DNA from: Tubulanus polymorphus
Lineage: Eukaryota; Animalia; Nemertea
NCBI RefSeq assembly: GCF_964204645.1
Contig: NC_134036.1
Span: 2,542,001 to 2,606,000, forward strand
Reading direction: 5' to 3'
DNA: 64,000 nucleotides
Made by a program: the position numbers and the translations under genes. Under the pieces are notes generated by a model. It was not told the origin of the DNA and ran no database searches. It was given only the letters and a program-made list of their open reading frames with translations. Shown here piece by piece: positions 37,101-48,366 of the stretch (positions are counted from its first letter, which is position 1; each line of letters begins with the position of its first letter).

Positions 37101-40100
37101 GCGCTTTCATTTCACTGAAATATTGATGAATTTCAACTATTTACCGCGGTGCGCAGTACTGAGGGTTTTATTCTAACTACTGTGGAACTGATAAAAGGTC
37201 TGAAATAACTATATAAATTTTGAATTGTAACCGTCAGTATTGTTGTGTTTTCAGGTGCGCCTTGTAACAATTACCAAGGTTACTGCGACGTGTTTCATAA
37301 ATGTCGCGGAGTCGACGCCGATGGTCCGTTGGCTCGACTTAAGAATATGATCTTCAATCCACAAACGCTGACAGAAATTAAAGATTGGATTGAGGTGAGT
37401 GAGAAATATAGTCCGTGGGTGGTAAATGAAGTTCTGAGTTTAATGTGACTCTATAGAACACTGAAAATGAACTTAAAGTCAGAGTTAATTCTTACTCACA
37501 ACTTTGGAACCAGTCCCTGTTGACCACGCTCAAGTCTGACTCAGGGATTACCGTTGAACATGGATATTTGGCTAAAACAAAACGATACCTTGTTTCTCCT
37601 AATTGGCCGGGTTACTTCTGTAAACTGCAATAAGATCGGTAATCAGTTCATTTCTATTCTATAGCTGCTGGGTCCGTTATTGTTAGCTTGATCATGATTT
37701 TGAAAATAGTTATGCACAGGGTAGATAGATGGCCGGTTGGGTCAACTTTTATCCTGAACAGAAATGACGAACATGGCATCGATATCTTTTAGCCTTTGAG
37801 TGTTTTTCTGATGCAATCGGTTGAATATAATTGAGATAATTGCTTTCAAGTCGGACATATTTTATCCTTAGAATAGGATAAAATAGTATTACCGGTACGA
37901 ATTTATAAAGCGCCTTGTAAATAGTCAAACTATTAAGTAAAGACGCTCTCCATGAACAGGCGATAGTTTCAACAGAAATGTCTGTTTGATTGCTGAGAGA
38001 CTGTGAATATCGGGAAGAGGTTGGGGCAGGGATCACGTGATCAAACTATAAACGACCTCAATTCTAAGATTTCCAATGTCGGAATTCGCTATTTTTGAAT
38101 TTTTGAATTTTTTTCCAGAAATACTGGTGGGCAGTGTTGATCATGTCTATAGTGCTGGTAGCCGGCATGGCGATATTTATAAAAGTCTGCTCGGTGCATA
38201 CCCCGTCCCAAAACCCGAAGATGAAACCTGCTCAGAAAATCAGCCTGCGTAATAAACACGGTCGCGGGGCTGGAGGAGGTGGACCGCAACCTCATTCCTC
38301 TCGAGCAGGAGCAGCAGCATCTGGAGGTGGAGGAGGAGGTTATCCTCAGGTAATTATGTGTAAACTTTAGTCTCTTAAGTAACCCGTAACCCTTCAGCCC
38401 CACAACCAAAATGAGTTTAGACTAGCCGCTGTCTGTGTGGTATATATAACAACCCACAGTATATTCAGTGGTATATATAACGACCCACAATATTTTGATG
38501 ATGATTAAAAATGAAAATCTTCAGTTTTACTGACGTTTCAAGTAAAATGCTTCTACCGATCTCTGGGAGAGAGATCTTCAGAGATTTATTGGAAAATAAT
38601 CATTTTTCAGTAAATCGCAGATGGTAGTAGTATATTTGAATTTGACATGAAACATCAGTTTATCTAATCGTCAAGATGAAACCTACATCCCTCATCTCCT
38701 TTCACATAGTGCCTTGGTAATCAATGAATTCCCTATCAATCGAAGTTAATTTTGAAAACAGTCTTCCTCTTCTGAACTGTCTTTGTTTCACATCTGATAA
38801 ACTATTTTTTTCGATTTCTTTCTTTTTATCCTTCTCCTATCGTCTATTTGTCTCCTCGCCGTGCGTTGTCGTGGGTTACGGCAGCCGGTAGCTCTAGAAG
38901 ATTTCCGTCCACCGAGGTAGACGCGCTCTTACTGACTGTATTCCGTGCACTTCACCCGCCGCACGTCACACCGTCTTATGTTTATATTTCGACGTTTCTT
39001 CATCCGTAGCACTTTTCACTGAATCCTACTTTGTGTATGTGAAATGTTGGTCGGGTAAACAAGGCGTGCACAATTCGTGGTACAGTAGACTCCTCGGCTC
39101 AAGTCCATTATAGCATTAAATAGTTCCAGCAGAGACTTATCACATTGGACTGGTATTTGGAATTAATCCGCCAATATTGGTTTGATTGAATCTTACGACA
39201 TTATGTCATACCGACATACCGACAAACCGACATACCGACAAAGTACGAAGCCGAATTACTCCCTTTCTAAAAATGTATCTTTGAGCGGGGAACTATTCCA
39301 CGCTATACTGGACTTGAACCGACTCCTCTTAATGCGATACAGGTCAACCACCCTCAAGTCCTTGGTGAAATTCATCTATTTATGACTTAATTCTGGCTAT
39401 TCAGAGATTTACATCAAACATTTTGATGGGCACTACTATCTTTGTAAACTAATGATTTTAATCTATAAATATCCTGCATAGATATTACTGGTGCTGCGAT
39501 AAACTGAAACTGTACTGAACCTACGTAGGCCTAATTCTATATACTACAGTTCATTTGGAAAAAGCTTTCAACTTTCCCAATTTCTTAACTCGATATCTAT
39601 GGTCAAAACTCAATGGGATATTTACAACAGTCCCAGCGCTACAGAGTTCCATGATTCTCAACTCTGTGGAGAAATATCTGTTTATCCTCATGATGCAAGG
39701 TTGAGTCTACTGTACGTCGTTTCTGTAAAGTGTTAACGCGTCTATTTCTGATATCAAATTTCTCATTATTGGTGAAAACTGGTATTGTTACAGGTAGCCT
39801 GGTTGGTCTGGTAATGTTACTATGTTACTCGGTATTTTACGTCATTTACGCCATGTAGTTCACCTTACAGCGACAGTACAGGGTGGCCACTTACCTGCAA
39901 GTTATGGAAGTTTCTTTTCGTTAAAAAAGTCACTTAAATTTGTTGCAAACAGTTTCTGTCTATGTTGTACGTATTTGAATGTGTGTTAATTGATTGGATT
40001 CTTAGCAGAAAAAGTCAAGGAAAACAACGAGCATTTCAGGGGATTGTCGGGAAAAAGCAAGTCAGATATAATAAAGTGGCCATCCTGCAGTAAGACTCTC

Positions 40101-42823
40101 CCTTCTCCAACGTAAAGTTGTAATTATAGTTGATTATATATTTTTCGATGTTTATTCAGGGCGGCCCATATTATATAACGGACGGAAAGATGAGACCGGC
40201 TCCTTCTCGTGTGGCACGTATTCTGTTTTAAACTATCTCACCTTCATCCACAATCCCTGCTGCCCCGACCCTTTCTACTGTAATAATATTCGTATCACGT
40301 ATCCCTTTCTCATCAACTGAATGAATCAGAAATTGATAATCTCAACTGTATGAATCAGAAATTGATACTCAAAATCTCTCCTGAAAATCAATAGAAATAT
40401 ATTTGATTCCTATTTGATAATGTTTTAATCAACAAATCTCCATGGTTCCCACAGAACAGGGAAATTGGGAAAAACTTGGGAATTTAGAAATAATAATTCC
40501 TGGTTTGGAAATATCAAAAGGTAAATCAGGGAAATATTTGGGAAATTCATTACATTTCACGTATTGCATTTGCCAAAGGGCAACTTTCTTCAGTGATTTC
40601 CCTTGTAAATCACCTTTATCAACCAGTCACTACTGAAATGTTGACTGTAGGATGATGATATGTGTTCATTTCCATTTGGGAAAATTGAAAAATCACCCAT
40701 GAAATACTTGGGAAAAACTTGGGAATTTTGAATTCATATAACAGTGGGAACCATGAATCTCCCATCTTTCGCTTTAAAAAACTAAAATATGAACGATACC
40801 TAAATTGTACTGAAACCAGTTCCGCAGTTGCGATTGTGTCCAAGCTGGGCGCGACCCACCTCTGTTGATTTTTATTCGGACCAAGTTATACTGGACCAAA
40901 GCTAATGACAACTGTATTCATTTTCAAGGACTTGAACCATTGAATTTTAATTTTCCTGCATCTTAAAACTAATCTCGCAGCACTGTGGAACTGGTGACCC
41001 CCAAAACCAACGAAATTTATATAACTTATCATTTTATCTAGGAAAAAAGTAACGATCACCTAATTGCTAATATATTGATTACAGCGCCACCATTTAACAA
41101 AGTTGAACATCATTTGGCCCGCCCCCGCTGATGAGTTAGATCGCCCGGCAACTGCTTGATGTTAATTGATTGATGTGTGGTTTAGGGGTAATCCAGTAGA
41201 GGTCTCTGTAGCTTATGTAGTGCTGCATGAACATCATATAGACATCTCTAGTGAATACAGATGATATCCATAGTGACTAGAATAGAAAAAAAAACCATGT
41301 CATCCAGAACCACACCTAGCATTTCAATTTTGGGGGGCAGAGAAACCTGTAAAAGTGCAGTTCTAAACTAAAGGATATAAAAATAGCTCTTTTCCTGAAT
41401 TGGCAACTGCCCCCCCCTCCTGCCCCAACGAAATATGGCCCTGCCATCCCAATGTTAGGCACTTCATTTGGTTGAATGCTTGAAACATAGTTTGTATCAG
41501 GGCCTACTAAATATTTCACCAGGTCGGAGACACAGAGAGCCTATTCAGTCCGTCATAACTATCTGTCCCATTGATGCTATTATTTTCCTGCCACTTATGA
41601 ACTATTTTATCAAACTGAAGCTTTTTCTGATAACGATATATTAATTAACCTGTAGTCTTATGGCATTTTCTAATGATCATTATCTCAAAGTGATTAGCAA
41701 CACGATGCGTACTGCTGCGATCGTATATTACTACATGTATAACTCTAAGCTTCAAAGGTTTCACGCTTCAGTATCGACTTATTAAACATAACTAACAGGG
41801 GTCAACTATAGAGGGCAGCACAAGCATCAACTAAGGGCATAATCCACGACAAAATCCATAAGAAATTTACTTCATGAAATATACTGAACTTCAGTCAACT
41901 TTTAACTTTGAAGCTTCTCTTCTCACTACAGTATCGACTAGATCATCTATAAGTTATATTGCAAAGTATTCTAACAGTATATTTGGGCTAATGGTACTAG
42001 GAAAAAAGTTTTTTTTTGTTTCTTTCATGAAATTGATGTTGAATTTGTAGAGGTGGTTTCATCTTTTTGTACCCATCGCACAGTTGATTCGATGGTGCCA
42101 TTGGGGGATTTATGGAGGCAGCCATTTCTTTTGTGATGGTGTAATGATATATGCCAACATACCAATTTGCTTGTGTCATTGTGGGATGTAGCCTATGGAG
42201 CCTGCCATCTTTTCTGCACGGGGTCTATCAATTTGATGATATCATTGGCAAAAAACAGTCAACCTCTGAAAAACTACCTCCTGATAAACCGCCAGCTCTG
42301 CTAAACACCAGGTTTTTTTCTAGGACAAAACATTTGGGACCAGTTCCTTAAAAGTTGGTTAAAGATAACCCAGTGGATATTAATACCAGAGTAACAATGC
42401 AGTTTTAAATGGCACTATGTCAACTATCTGCTGGTTAACTCTGAGCAACTTTTGAGCAACTGCAGCCCCAAATAAATACCGTAATGAACTCTTAATTGTC
42501 ACTATGTCAACTTTCCGCTGGTTAACTATAACCAACTTTTGAGCAACCGCAGCTCTTGTATTTTATGTGAAAATTACTCAAAATCAACATCTGATAGACC
42601 ACCATAATCTTTAATGGGCGGAATATGGGTTGCTTACGACTGTCTTCGATATGAATATGATATTTAATTTCTGTATTTGTTTGTTTGTTTTTAGGAGCCG
42701 CCTGCACCGTACGGGCCCGCCCCTCCTCGAGGTGGTCCACCCCCAGGGAAGGGCAAGAAACGTCGCGATAAATACGCTCATCCATCTGGAACGAACATAG
42801 AAATGAGAAATCAACGCGTATAA
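25057..42823 (+). CDS. ADAM10: ADAM10 / kuzbanian metalloprotease-disintegrin, 18 coding exons, ~887 aa
   Basis: Exons 25057-25117, 29236-29380, 30355-30476, 31045-31243, 31861-31975, 32095-32307, 32795-32941, 33590-33794, 34384-34556, 35141-35336, 35626-35785, 36006-36122, 36399-36483, 36742-36850, 36977-37093, 37255-37394, 38119-38349 and 42695-42823 join in frame (2664 nt). Domains in order: signal peptide, prodomain HYEGLSY, Cys switch [33 protein letters not shown] zinc motif, [14 protein letters not shown] Met-turn, [15 protein letters not shown] disintegrin, [43 protein letters not shown] and a Pro/Gly-rich tail. Confidence 0.96.
26198..26482. mobile_element. MITE with ~70-bp TIRs (TTGATACCTTGTTTCTC...GTTGACCCGGCCGG) in ADAM10 intron 1
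   Basis: Inverted termini are directly visible. Partial copies at about 18830-18970 and 37583-37790. Confidence 0.75.
27141..27440. repeat. 92-bp tandem repeat, ~3.2 copies, ADAM10 intron 1
   Basis: GAGAC(C/T)GGTAAAATTCTAC at 27141, 27233, 27325 and 27417. Confidence 0.9.
27946..28215. mobile_element. Foldback element with a degenerate hammerhead-like core (possibly Penelope-derived)
   Basis: Inverted arms of ~95 bp (27946-28040 and 28086-28180). Core CTGGCGA-T-GATCTC-TAGGGT-GAGATC-GAAAC-GTC at 28064-28097. Related copies at about 32485-32660 and 45940-46145. Confidence 0.6.
29236..29380 (+). CDS. ADAM10: ADAM10 exon 2 (prodomain, HYEGLSY...RVRR)
   Basis: Boundaries TGCAG| and AG|GTACG; resembles the ADAM10 prodomain. 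Missed by the ORF track. Confidence 0.93.
29401..29791. repeat. Higher-order minisatellite (49+38-bp units) derived from the MITE family A terminus, ADAM10 intron 2
   Basis: GGTTCC at 29406, 29455, 29500, 29549, 29587, 29636, 29674, 29723 and 29761 (spacings 49, 45, 49, 38, 49, 38, 49, 38). Confidence 0.92.
30355..30476 (+). CDS. ADAM10: ADAM10 exon 3
   Basis: [13 protein letters not shown]...LYKGTLA, with AG/GT boundaries. Confidence 0.92.
31045..31243 (+). CDS. ADAM10: ADAM10 exon 4
   Basis: [31 protein letters not shown], with AG/GT boundaries. Confidence 0.93.
31861..31975 (+). CDS. ADAM10: ADAM10 exon 5 (RMKR; Cys switch HCG)
   Basis: Phase 2 to phase 0 fits both neighbouring exons; [12 protein letters not shown]. 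Confidence 0.88.
32095..32307 (+). CDS. ADAM10: ADAM10 exon 6 (RYKR maturation site, start of the catalytic domain)
   Basis: [17 protein letters not shown], with AG/GT boundaries. Confidence 0.92.
32795..32941 (+). CDS. ADAM10: ADAM10 exon 7
   Basis: [20 protein letters not shown]. Confidence 0.92.
33590..33794 (+). CDS. ADAM10: ADAM10 exon 8
   Basis: [33 protein letters not shown]. Confidence 0.95.
34384..34556 (+). CDS. ADAM10: ADAM10 exon 9 (zinc-binding [10 protein letters not shown])
   Basis: [34 protein letters not shown]. Confidence 0.96.
34570..35105. repeat. Degenerate ~70-80-bp repeat family AAGATGGCTGCCTCCATAAATCCCCTATGACATCATCAAATTGA
   Basis: About 7 copies here. Further clusters at 33040-33320, 12020-12300 and 42060-42245 (reverse), plus single copies at about 18610, 45885 and 46320. 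Confidence 0.85.
35141..35336 (+). CDS. ADAM10: ADAM10 exon 10 (HD, Met-turn)
   Basis: [36 protein letters not shown]. Confidence 0.96.
35626..35785 (+). CDS. ADAM10: ADAM10 exon 11 (disintegrin start)
   Basis: [26 protein letters not shown]. Confidence 0.95.
35800..35960 (-). repeat. 60-bp satellite, ~2.7 copies (reverse complement of the 60298-60755 array), ADAM10 intron 11
   Basis: TTACTAATGACGACCTTCTCATTCTCAATAA is the reverse complement of the unit in the GPCR intron. Confidence 0.9.
36006..36122 (+). CDS. ADAM10: ADAM10 exon 12 (ends at the U12 AT donor)
   Basis: DPCC..C..C..ETEC..TTC(D), followed by ATATCCTTT. Confidence 0.9.
36123..36398 (+). other. U12-type (minor spliceosome) AT-AC intron in ADAM10
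   Basis: 5' splice site ATATCCTTT, branch site TTCTTTAAC at 36379-36387, 3' end CAC. Removing it gives the in-frame sequence TTCDGINANCP. Confidence 0.9.
36399..36483 (+). CDS. ADAM10: ADAM10 exon 13
   Basis: [28 protein letters not shown], donor GTAAGT. Confidence 0.9.
36742..36850 (+). CDS. ADAM10: ADAM10 exon 14
   Basis: ECSGSIC..WEEC..CFVAC. Confidence 0.93.
36977..37093 (+). CDS. ADAM10: ADAM10 exon 15
   Basis: KNCIST..IQLPA, phase 1 to phase 1. Confidence 0.88.
37255..37394 (+). CDS. ADAM10: ADAM10 exon 16
   Basis: [33 protein letters not shown]. Confidence 0.95.
38119..38349 (+). CDS. ADAM10: ADAM10 exon 17 (TM and proximal tail)
   Basis: [33 protein letters not shown], donor CAG|GTAAT. 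Confidence 0.93.
39879..40087. mobile_element. hAT-like MITE, TIR CAGGGTGGCCACTT, 5-bp TSD CAGTA
   Basis: cagta|CAGGGTGGCCACTT ... AAGTGGCCATCCTG|cagta. Confidence 0.75.
40441..40755. mobile_element. hAT-like MITE, TIR CATGGTTCCCAC, 6-bp TSD AATCTC
   Basis: aatctc|CATGGTTCCCAC ... GTGGGAACCATG|aatctc, with internal GGGAAA repeats. Confidence 0.75.
42695..42823 (+). CDS. ADAM10: ADAM10 terminal exon ([32 protein letters not shown])
   Basis: Strong acceptor TTGTTTGTTTTTAG, phase 0, Pro-rich tail, TAA at 42821-42823. Confidence 0.8.
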   Translation, partial: EPPAPYGPAPPRGGPPPGKGKKRRDKYAHPSGTNIEMRNQRV

Positions 42824-45800
42824 CGAACGGTTTATACACAGACTACTCTCTTTAAAAAAAAACCGCAGCCATAGCTACGTCATCATCATCGTCATCATCT
42901 TCATTATTGCGCTTTTCATTATTGTTGCCATGGCTTTATTTATGAATCCGGCGCCGGAATTCTTTTTTTTGTTTTTTTTAACGAAAAAATTGATGCTTAC
43001 ATTATTTTGTGATACACGTGTGACCCATCATGAGAATACATGACAGATTATCATAACACAGAACGAGAGAGAGACTGAGTTTGATTTGACTTTTAAGAGT
43101 TTAAAATCATAATCGAACTTCATATTAGAAGATTTATACTTTTAAAAACGGCGATGGAAACGTAAGAAATACCCACCTCTAACTCGTACAGATTTAGAAA
43201 TCTTAAAACCAAGACATTATTGAATCAGAAATTAAGAATGACGAGTAAAGTTCCGAACTCTTACTTTAGAGATCATCGTCTTAGGTGTGAAATTTATTAA
43301 ATCTGTGCTATGTGGGTTTTTATTATACGGTCTACTAATCCTACACGTGTGAGTCTGGTGGTTAATTCTACAACTGTGAAAAATTTACTACAAATTTTTA
43401 GCGTTTGTTTTGTGTAAATGGGAACATATTACATATTAGCGTCTATACTCGTTTCTAAATTAAAACGAACTGCAGGACCCAGCTCCAAACAACAGTGATG
43501 TTGTCCGTATAAATATTGACGTGAACAGATCTAACAGGTTATGATTTCCTTGACTGTTATATTGTGAGCTGGTAATGCATCGAATTTGGCATTAAGATGA
43601 TAAAATTTGATTTGAAAAAATGTTATGGTAATATTTTACATCCGATATACAAATGATACATATAAATCGTTCATTTTAACCCAGAAGTTCCAGACTCAAA
43701 TATGTAATGGTTTCCATAAACGAGTGACTGTCTAATTCTGTGATTTTCTGATTCTGTGACTGTCTAATACTGTGACAGTCTAATTCAAATGGAGAAAAAG
43801 TGTATATAAACCGGCAGCATGACTGAACGTTGCTGAGGATGTAATGTTTTCCAAAATCCACGTGTCTGTCGCAAGCTGTCGAGACCCGTATACTATTATA
43901 TATACATCTACCCTGTGTAAGTGGCAGCATTGAATCAATTATGGCTGTTGTGAAATGTATGTATAAAAATTATCGAAAAATACCCGTAGATTTATGTTAA
44001 GCGGGCATTCGTGTTATGAAGTGGGTAAGGATAAAAACTCTAGCGTTTAGAAGGATGTCCGATTGCAAAAGTCATTTTATACTTTTGAACTCGTAGTAGA
44101 AGCTGAGCCTCGGTCCTACATGAGGTCACATTTATGGTTAAAGATTTTACCGGGAATCTCGAGGAAGCTTTAAATGCCATCATTTAACCGGACATAGACC
44201 TTAATAGAACATTTCATTTCGGTATTGAATTAAAAGCGGTTATTTTGAATTCATTGAATATAACTGTGGTTCTGAATAGAGCTGATATAGAATAATATCT
44301 CATTCTGTAGCTGGTTTTCATCCTGTGTCTCGTAAACAATGTTCAAAGATGAAAAGGCTCGCATTTGAACTGTTGACATTTCTGAGTATTAGGCATATGT
44401 TTATGCAAAGCAGGGAAGTGTGATCACACTTCCCTGTGCAAAGTTTACATTGAAAGGCTCTCCTTGTTCGATCATGAAACCGGCTTTTCCGTTTGTCCAT
44501 AAAAGCATCCTTTATGTCAGTTTCATTCATGACCGGAGCAGTTTACATTGAAAGGCTCTCCTTGTTCGATCATGAAACCGGCTTTTCCGTTTGTCCATAT
44601 AAGCATCATTTATGTAAGTTTTTGTTCATGAAAGGAGCGAATGCTGCGGGTATGAATTCTCTTTTCTTAAGGAAGGGATAGATTATGATAGTGTGTCTGT
44701 GAAAGCTAGTGTAACTAGAATCGAACCTCATGAACATACGGTATGTTATGCATCCATGGTTGCTTTTGAGATAATATTAATTTCTAAGACAGTAGACTTT
44801 TGCTCAAGTCCGATCACTATTGGTACCGTAAAAATGTGTCCGACTTGGCGAGTGATATCTGAGTTGGATGTTATGTATTTCAGATATAGTATCACAAAAA
44901 ATATTTGAGTTGAACGTATCAGACTTGGGCTGAGCCTACTGTACCTATGAGCAATTAAATCTACGAATGCTGTCAAGCTGAGAAAGGGAAATATTTTATT
45001 CATTTTTGTGATTGAACCTTTGCCCATAGTGTGTCAGCTGGTTGAACTAAAATTGCGGCGTTTGTTTTTTTTTAATGAGGGTTGAATTTAGGGATGGGGG
45101 GATGTAAGACTGTTCGATGCTTGCATATAAATCTATATAAAAACATATCCGGATATTGCCATCATCTATGATGTATCATTTGAAATAACTAGCTTCATAA
45201 AACAATGAATGGAATCTATCAGCTTTATCGTACTGTTACACGATATATTTAGCCTGCTTCGTTTAGATGACCTATTCTAAACGAGATTCTTTGCCATTTT
45301 AGAATGTAAGTAATTCTACGAAATGTAGCCTTATCATAGTAAACATGATATGGGCAATTAAGTGCTAGTATGTTTGGGAATGATTTATCCATTAAAAGCC
45401 GTCGCAATCTAGCATCTGTTGACGTTATGAAGTTGTTTTGCAATAGTTGACCAACCTTCATGAAAAACCAGTAAACATAATTCATTTTTTGGCGGCGGCG
45501 AAGTTTAAAGACTGACTTTGTTTGTATGCCTCAAATCAACAAAGCTAAGTTTACGCTGAACTCAGACGACACTGCATAGATAACAGTGAAACCATATACG
45601 AACCATTTAGGGGGTAGTAAATATTTTTTCATCTCAAATGCCAGGGGTAATTCGTATGTATTTTGCCTCGATTGATAGTTAATTGGGTTGATGACAATTT
45701 CCAAAGGTTTGACCTTTAGCTTTAACAAGGGTATACACGACCTCCCCAGCAATTTTTGTTTCCTACCCTGGTAATTGAGGGACTTTATATCGATTTGGTA

Positions 45801-46172
45801 TTCAACTGTCACAGACGATGAAGTCTGTTCATCAAATGGTGCATACTTGTAAATATACAATTTAAAAATAATAACCTTTCCAGAAAAGATGGCCGCTGCA
45901 GCCGCTTCCATATACATCACTACTAGCTTACAATAACCACCACTGAAACGTGGTGAACGGATAGTAAGATAAAAAACCCACGCTAATGTACAAATTCAAA
46001 TAATTTTAGAATCGAGAATTAATTATTTCAAAAAATTTCTACAACACACATCGTTTCGATCTCACCCTAGAGACCATCGTCAAGTGTGACGGAAACCTGA
46101 CGATGGTGGAAATTCCTTTAATTTGTACATAGTGGGGTTTTATCTCAACATCACTACTAGCCTACGTGTCTG

Positions 46173-46299
46173 GGGCCAGTTGTGACTTAGGTCCAAAAGT
46201 CTTAAATCTTAAGACTGGTCTTATGTTAGATTGGCTATAGAACTTATAAGTTGGTCTTAGACTGGACTTAAGTCTAAGCCACGACTATGCAACTGGCCA
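46173..46299. mobile_element. MITE family A copy with a CTG TSD
   Basis: ctg|GGGCCAGTTG ... CAACTGGCCA|ctg. Confidence 0.75.
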
Positions 46300-47465
46300 C
46301 TGATCTGTATATTACTGAATCTATGATGTCATAATGTGGATTCGTGGTGGTGGCCATCTTTTCTGAAACGATTATGATATATGAAAAGAGAGAGAGAGTT
46401 ATTTTCTGATATTTCGTGACAACGTCAAAAAGTACATGTAACATGTTGTACAGTGTACATGTACATGTTTATATGTATTCTATACATGTGCCCTTTTTGT
46501 GTACATAAGCCCACTAGATAGTACTAGAAAGTTTTAACTGCTTCGAAAATGTATTGTTCTAAATCTATTATAATTCAGCTAGTCCCAGTTTATTTGTCTA
46601 GGGAAGGTTTGTAAAAAATGATTAATAGTTTCATTCCCACGTCGACGTTAAGAAATTGACCCTACCCGGGGCGGATCCGATGAATTTTCCCATGCCTTTT
46701 GAATATATTTTTTTCGGGGCTCCTTATCACCGGCCACAGCAGTCTGTGGCACAAGATTTCAACAGCTTATATTCTCTTTAATGTGTTGCTAAAAGTGCTT
46801 AGAAATAGAATGTTTTAATGTACTGAAATTTCAAAATAGCCCAGATTTCCTTGGTTTGGCTGCGTGGATACTTAACTTGCCCTTTTTTCATTATATGCCC
46901 TTTTCATTTCGTTGTGTACCTTTCAACGTCTGCGCCCATGGATCCGCCGTGCAGAGAATATGTATATGTAAATATTTCACAACCATGTATGGATTAAAAC
47001 CGTTCTTTCAGACCGCATCCGTCAATTGTCTGAGGGGGTCGCCTGGAGACAGCAGATTTTCCGGTGGGGCAGGGGTATTGACTGAACAGTTCTTAATACA
47101 ACATGTAGTTAAATGGTAAATTAGCCTGTAAAGATTTCCCCTAGTGTCTTCTTGCGATTGAGCTGTTGAACCACATTGTCCTCCACATATTCATGATCAT
47201 CTTAGTCATGATCATCTTTAAATCTGTTTTTTTTTTTGTTTTCTGAATTACATTTCTAAATTTTGATAAGTGTGACCTACATTGTGTACACGCACACGTG
47301 TGCATGTCATGTAACACGTAATTGCATAAAGTATTTTCTAAATGAATGGATAATGAATAACGGATCAATAATTGTCGAATGTATTTATCGAAATTCGTCG
47401 CCGATTAAGATGATAATATTTATTATTATTAAATTAATTATGATTGAAATTACAAATGTACAGCT

Positions 47466-47496
<31 letters not shown>

Positions 47497-48043
47497 GAAA
47501 TATTATATTAATAATTGTAATGAATTAAACATTTTCAACAATTTGTTATTAAATCGTGTTTCCAGTTTTATTCTATCAATTTACACCAGGGAGCGCGATT
47601 TGATAAGGTCTAACAGGGAGGAACGACCCAACTCAAAAAAGTTTTCAGACGTCCCGCGTGGTCGGACAACAAATTCTTGCTCAAAACTCAACGACTCTAC
47701 AAGATAGTAACATTGAAGATAATGGATCTGGCCTCCGAATACTTGTACTCAGGCTATTCGATGCCTTTGTCCAATCGGTGTGTAAGGCCTACAGATTGCG
47801 TTGAATAGCTCCACTCATAAAAGAATATTCTTTTTACAAATACACAATACACGGGCTACATGTGCCGTTTTCATACAACCACAAAAGGCAGCAGTGAAGT
47901 TCGTTCTCCCCCAGTCTGTAAATATCGGGAGGTAGAACTAAAGAAAGGTTCAGGACACGCATTACAAGAATTCATGTTGGGCAAAAATGATGGTAAGTCC
48001 TAACGCTATGGGACTCTGAGGAAAGAACATGGCATCCCGAATA

Positions 48044-48366
48044 TTGTGTTAACCTGTCTGTCTCAATTCAATTTCTGACTGAAACCTATATCGACTGAGT
48101 CTGATGTACCTGTATCGCCTGTTGTGTTAACCTGTCTGACTGAAACCTATCCCGACTGAGTGTGTTGTACCTGTATCGCCTGTTGTGTTAACCTGTCTGA
48201 CTAAAACCTATATCGACTGAGTGTGTTATACCTGTATCGCCTGTTGTGTTAACCTGTCTGACTGAAACCTATCCCGACTGAGTGTGTTATACCTGTATCG
48301 CCTGTTGTGTTAACCTGTCTGACTGAAACCTATCCCGACTGAGTGTGTTATACGTATATCACCTGT
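48044..48366. repeat. 61-bp tandem repeat, ~5 copies
   Basis: GTTGTGTTAACCTGTCTGACTGAAACCTAT.. at 48121, 48182, 48243 and 48304. Confidence 0.92.
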
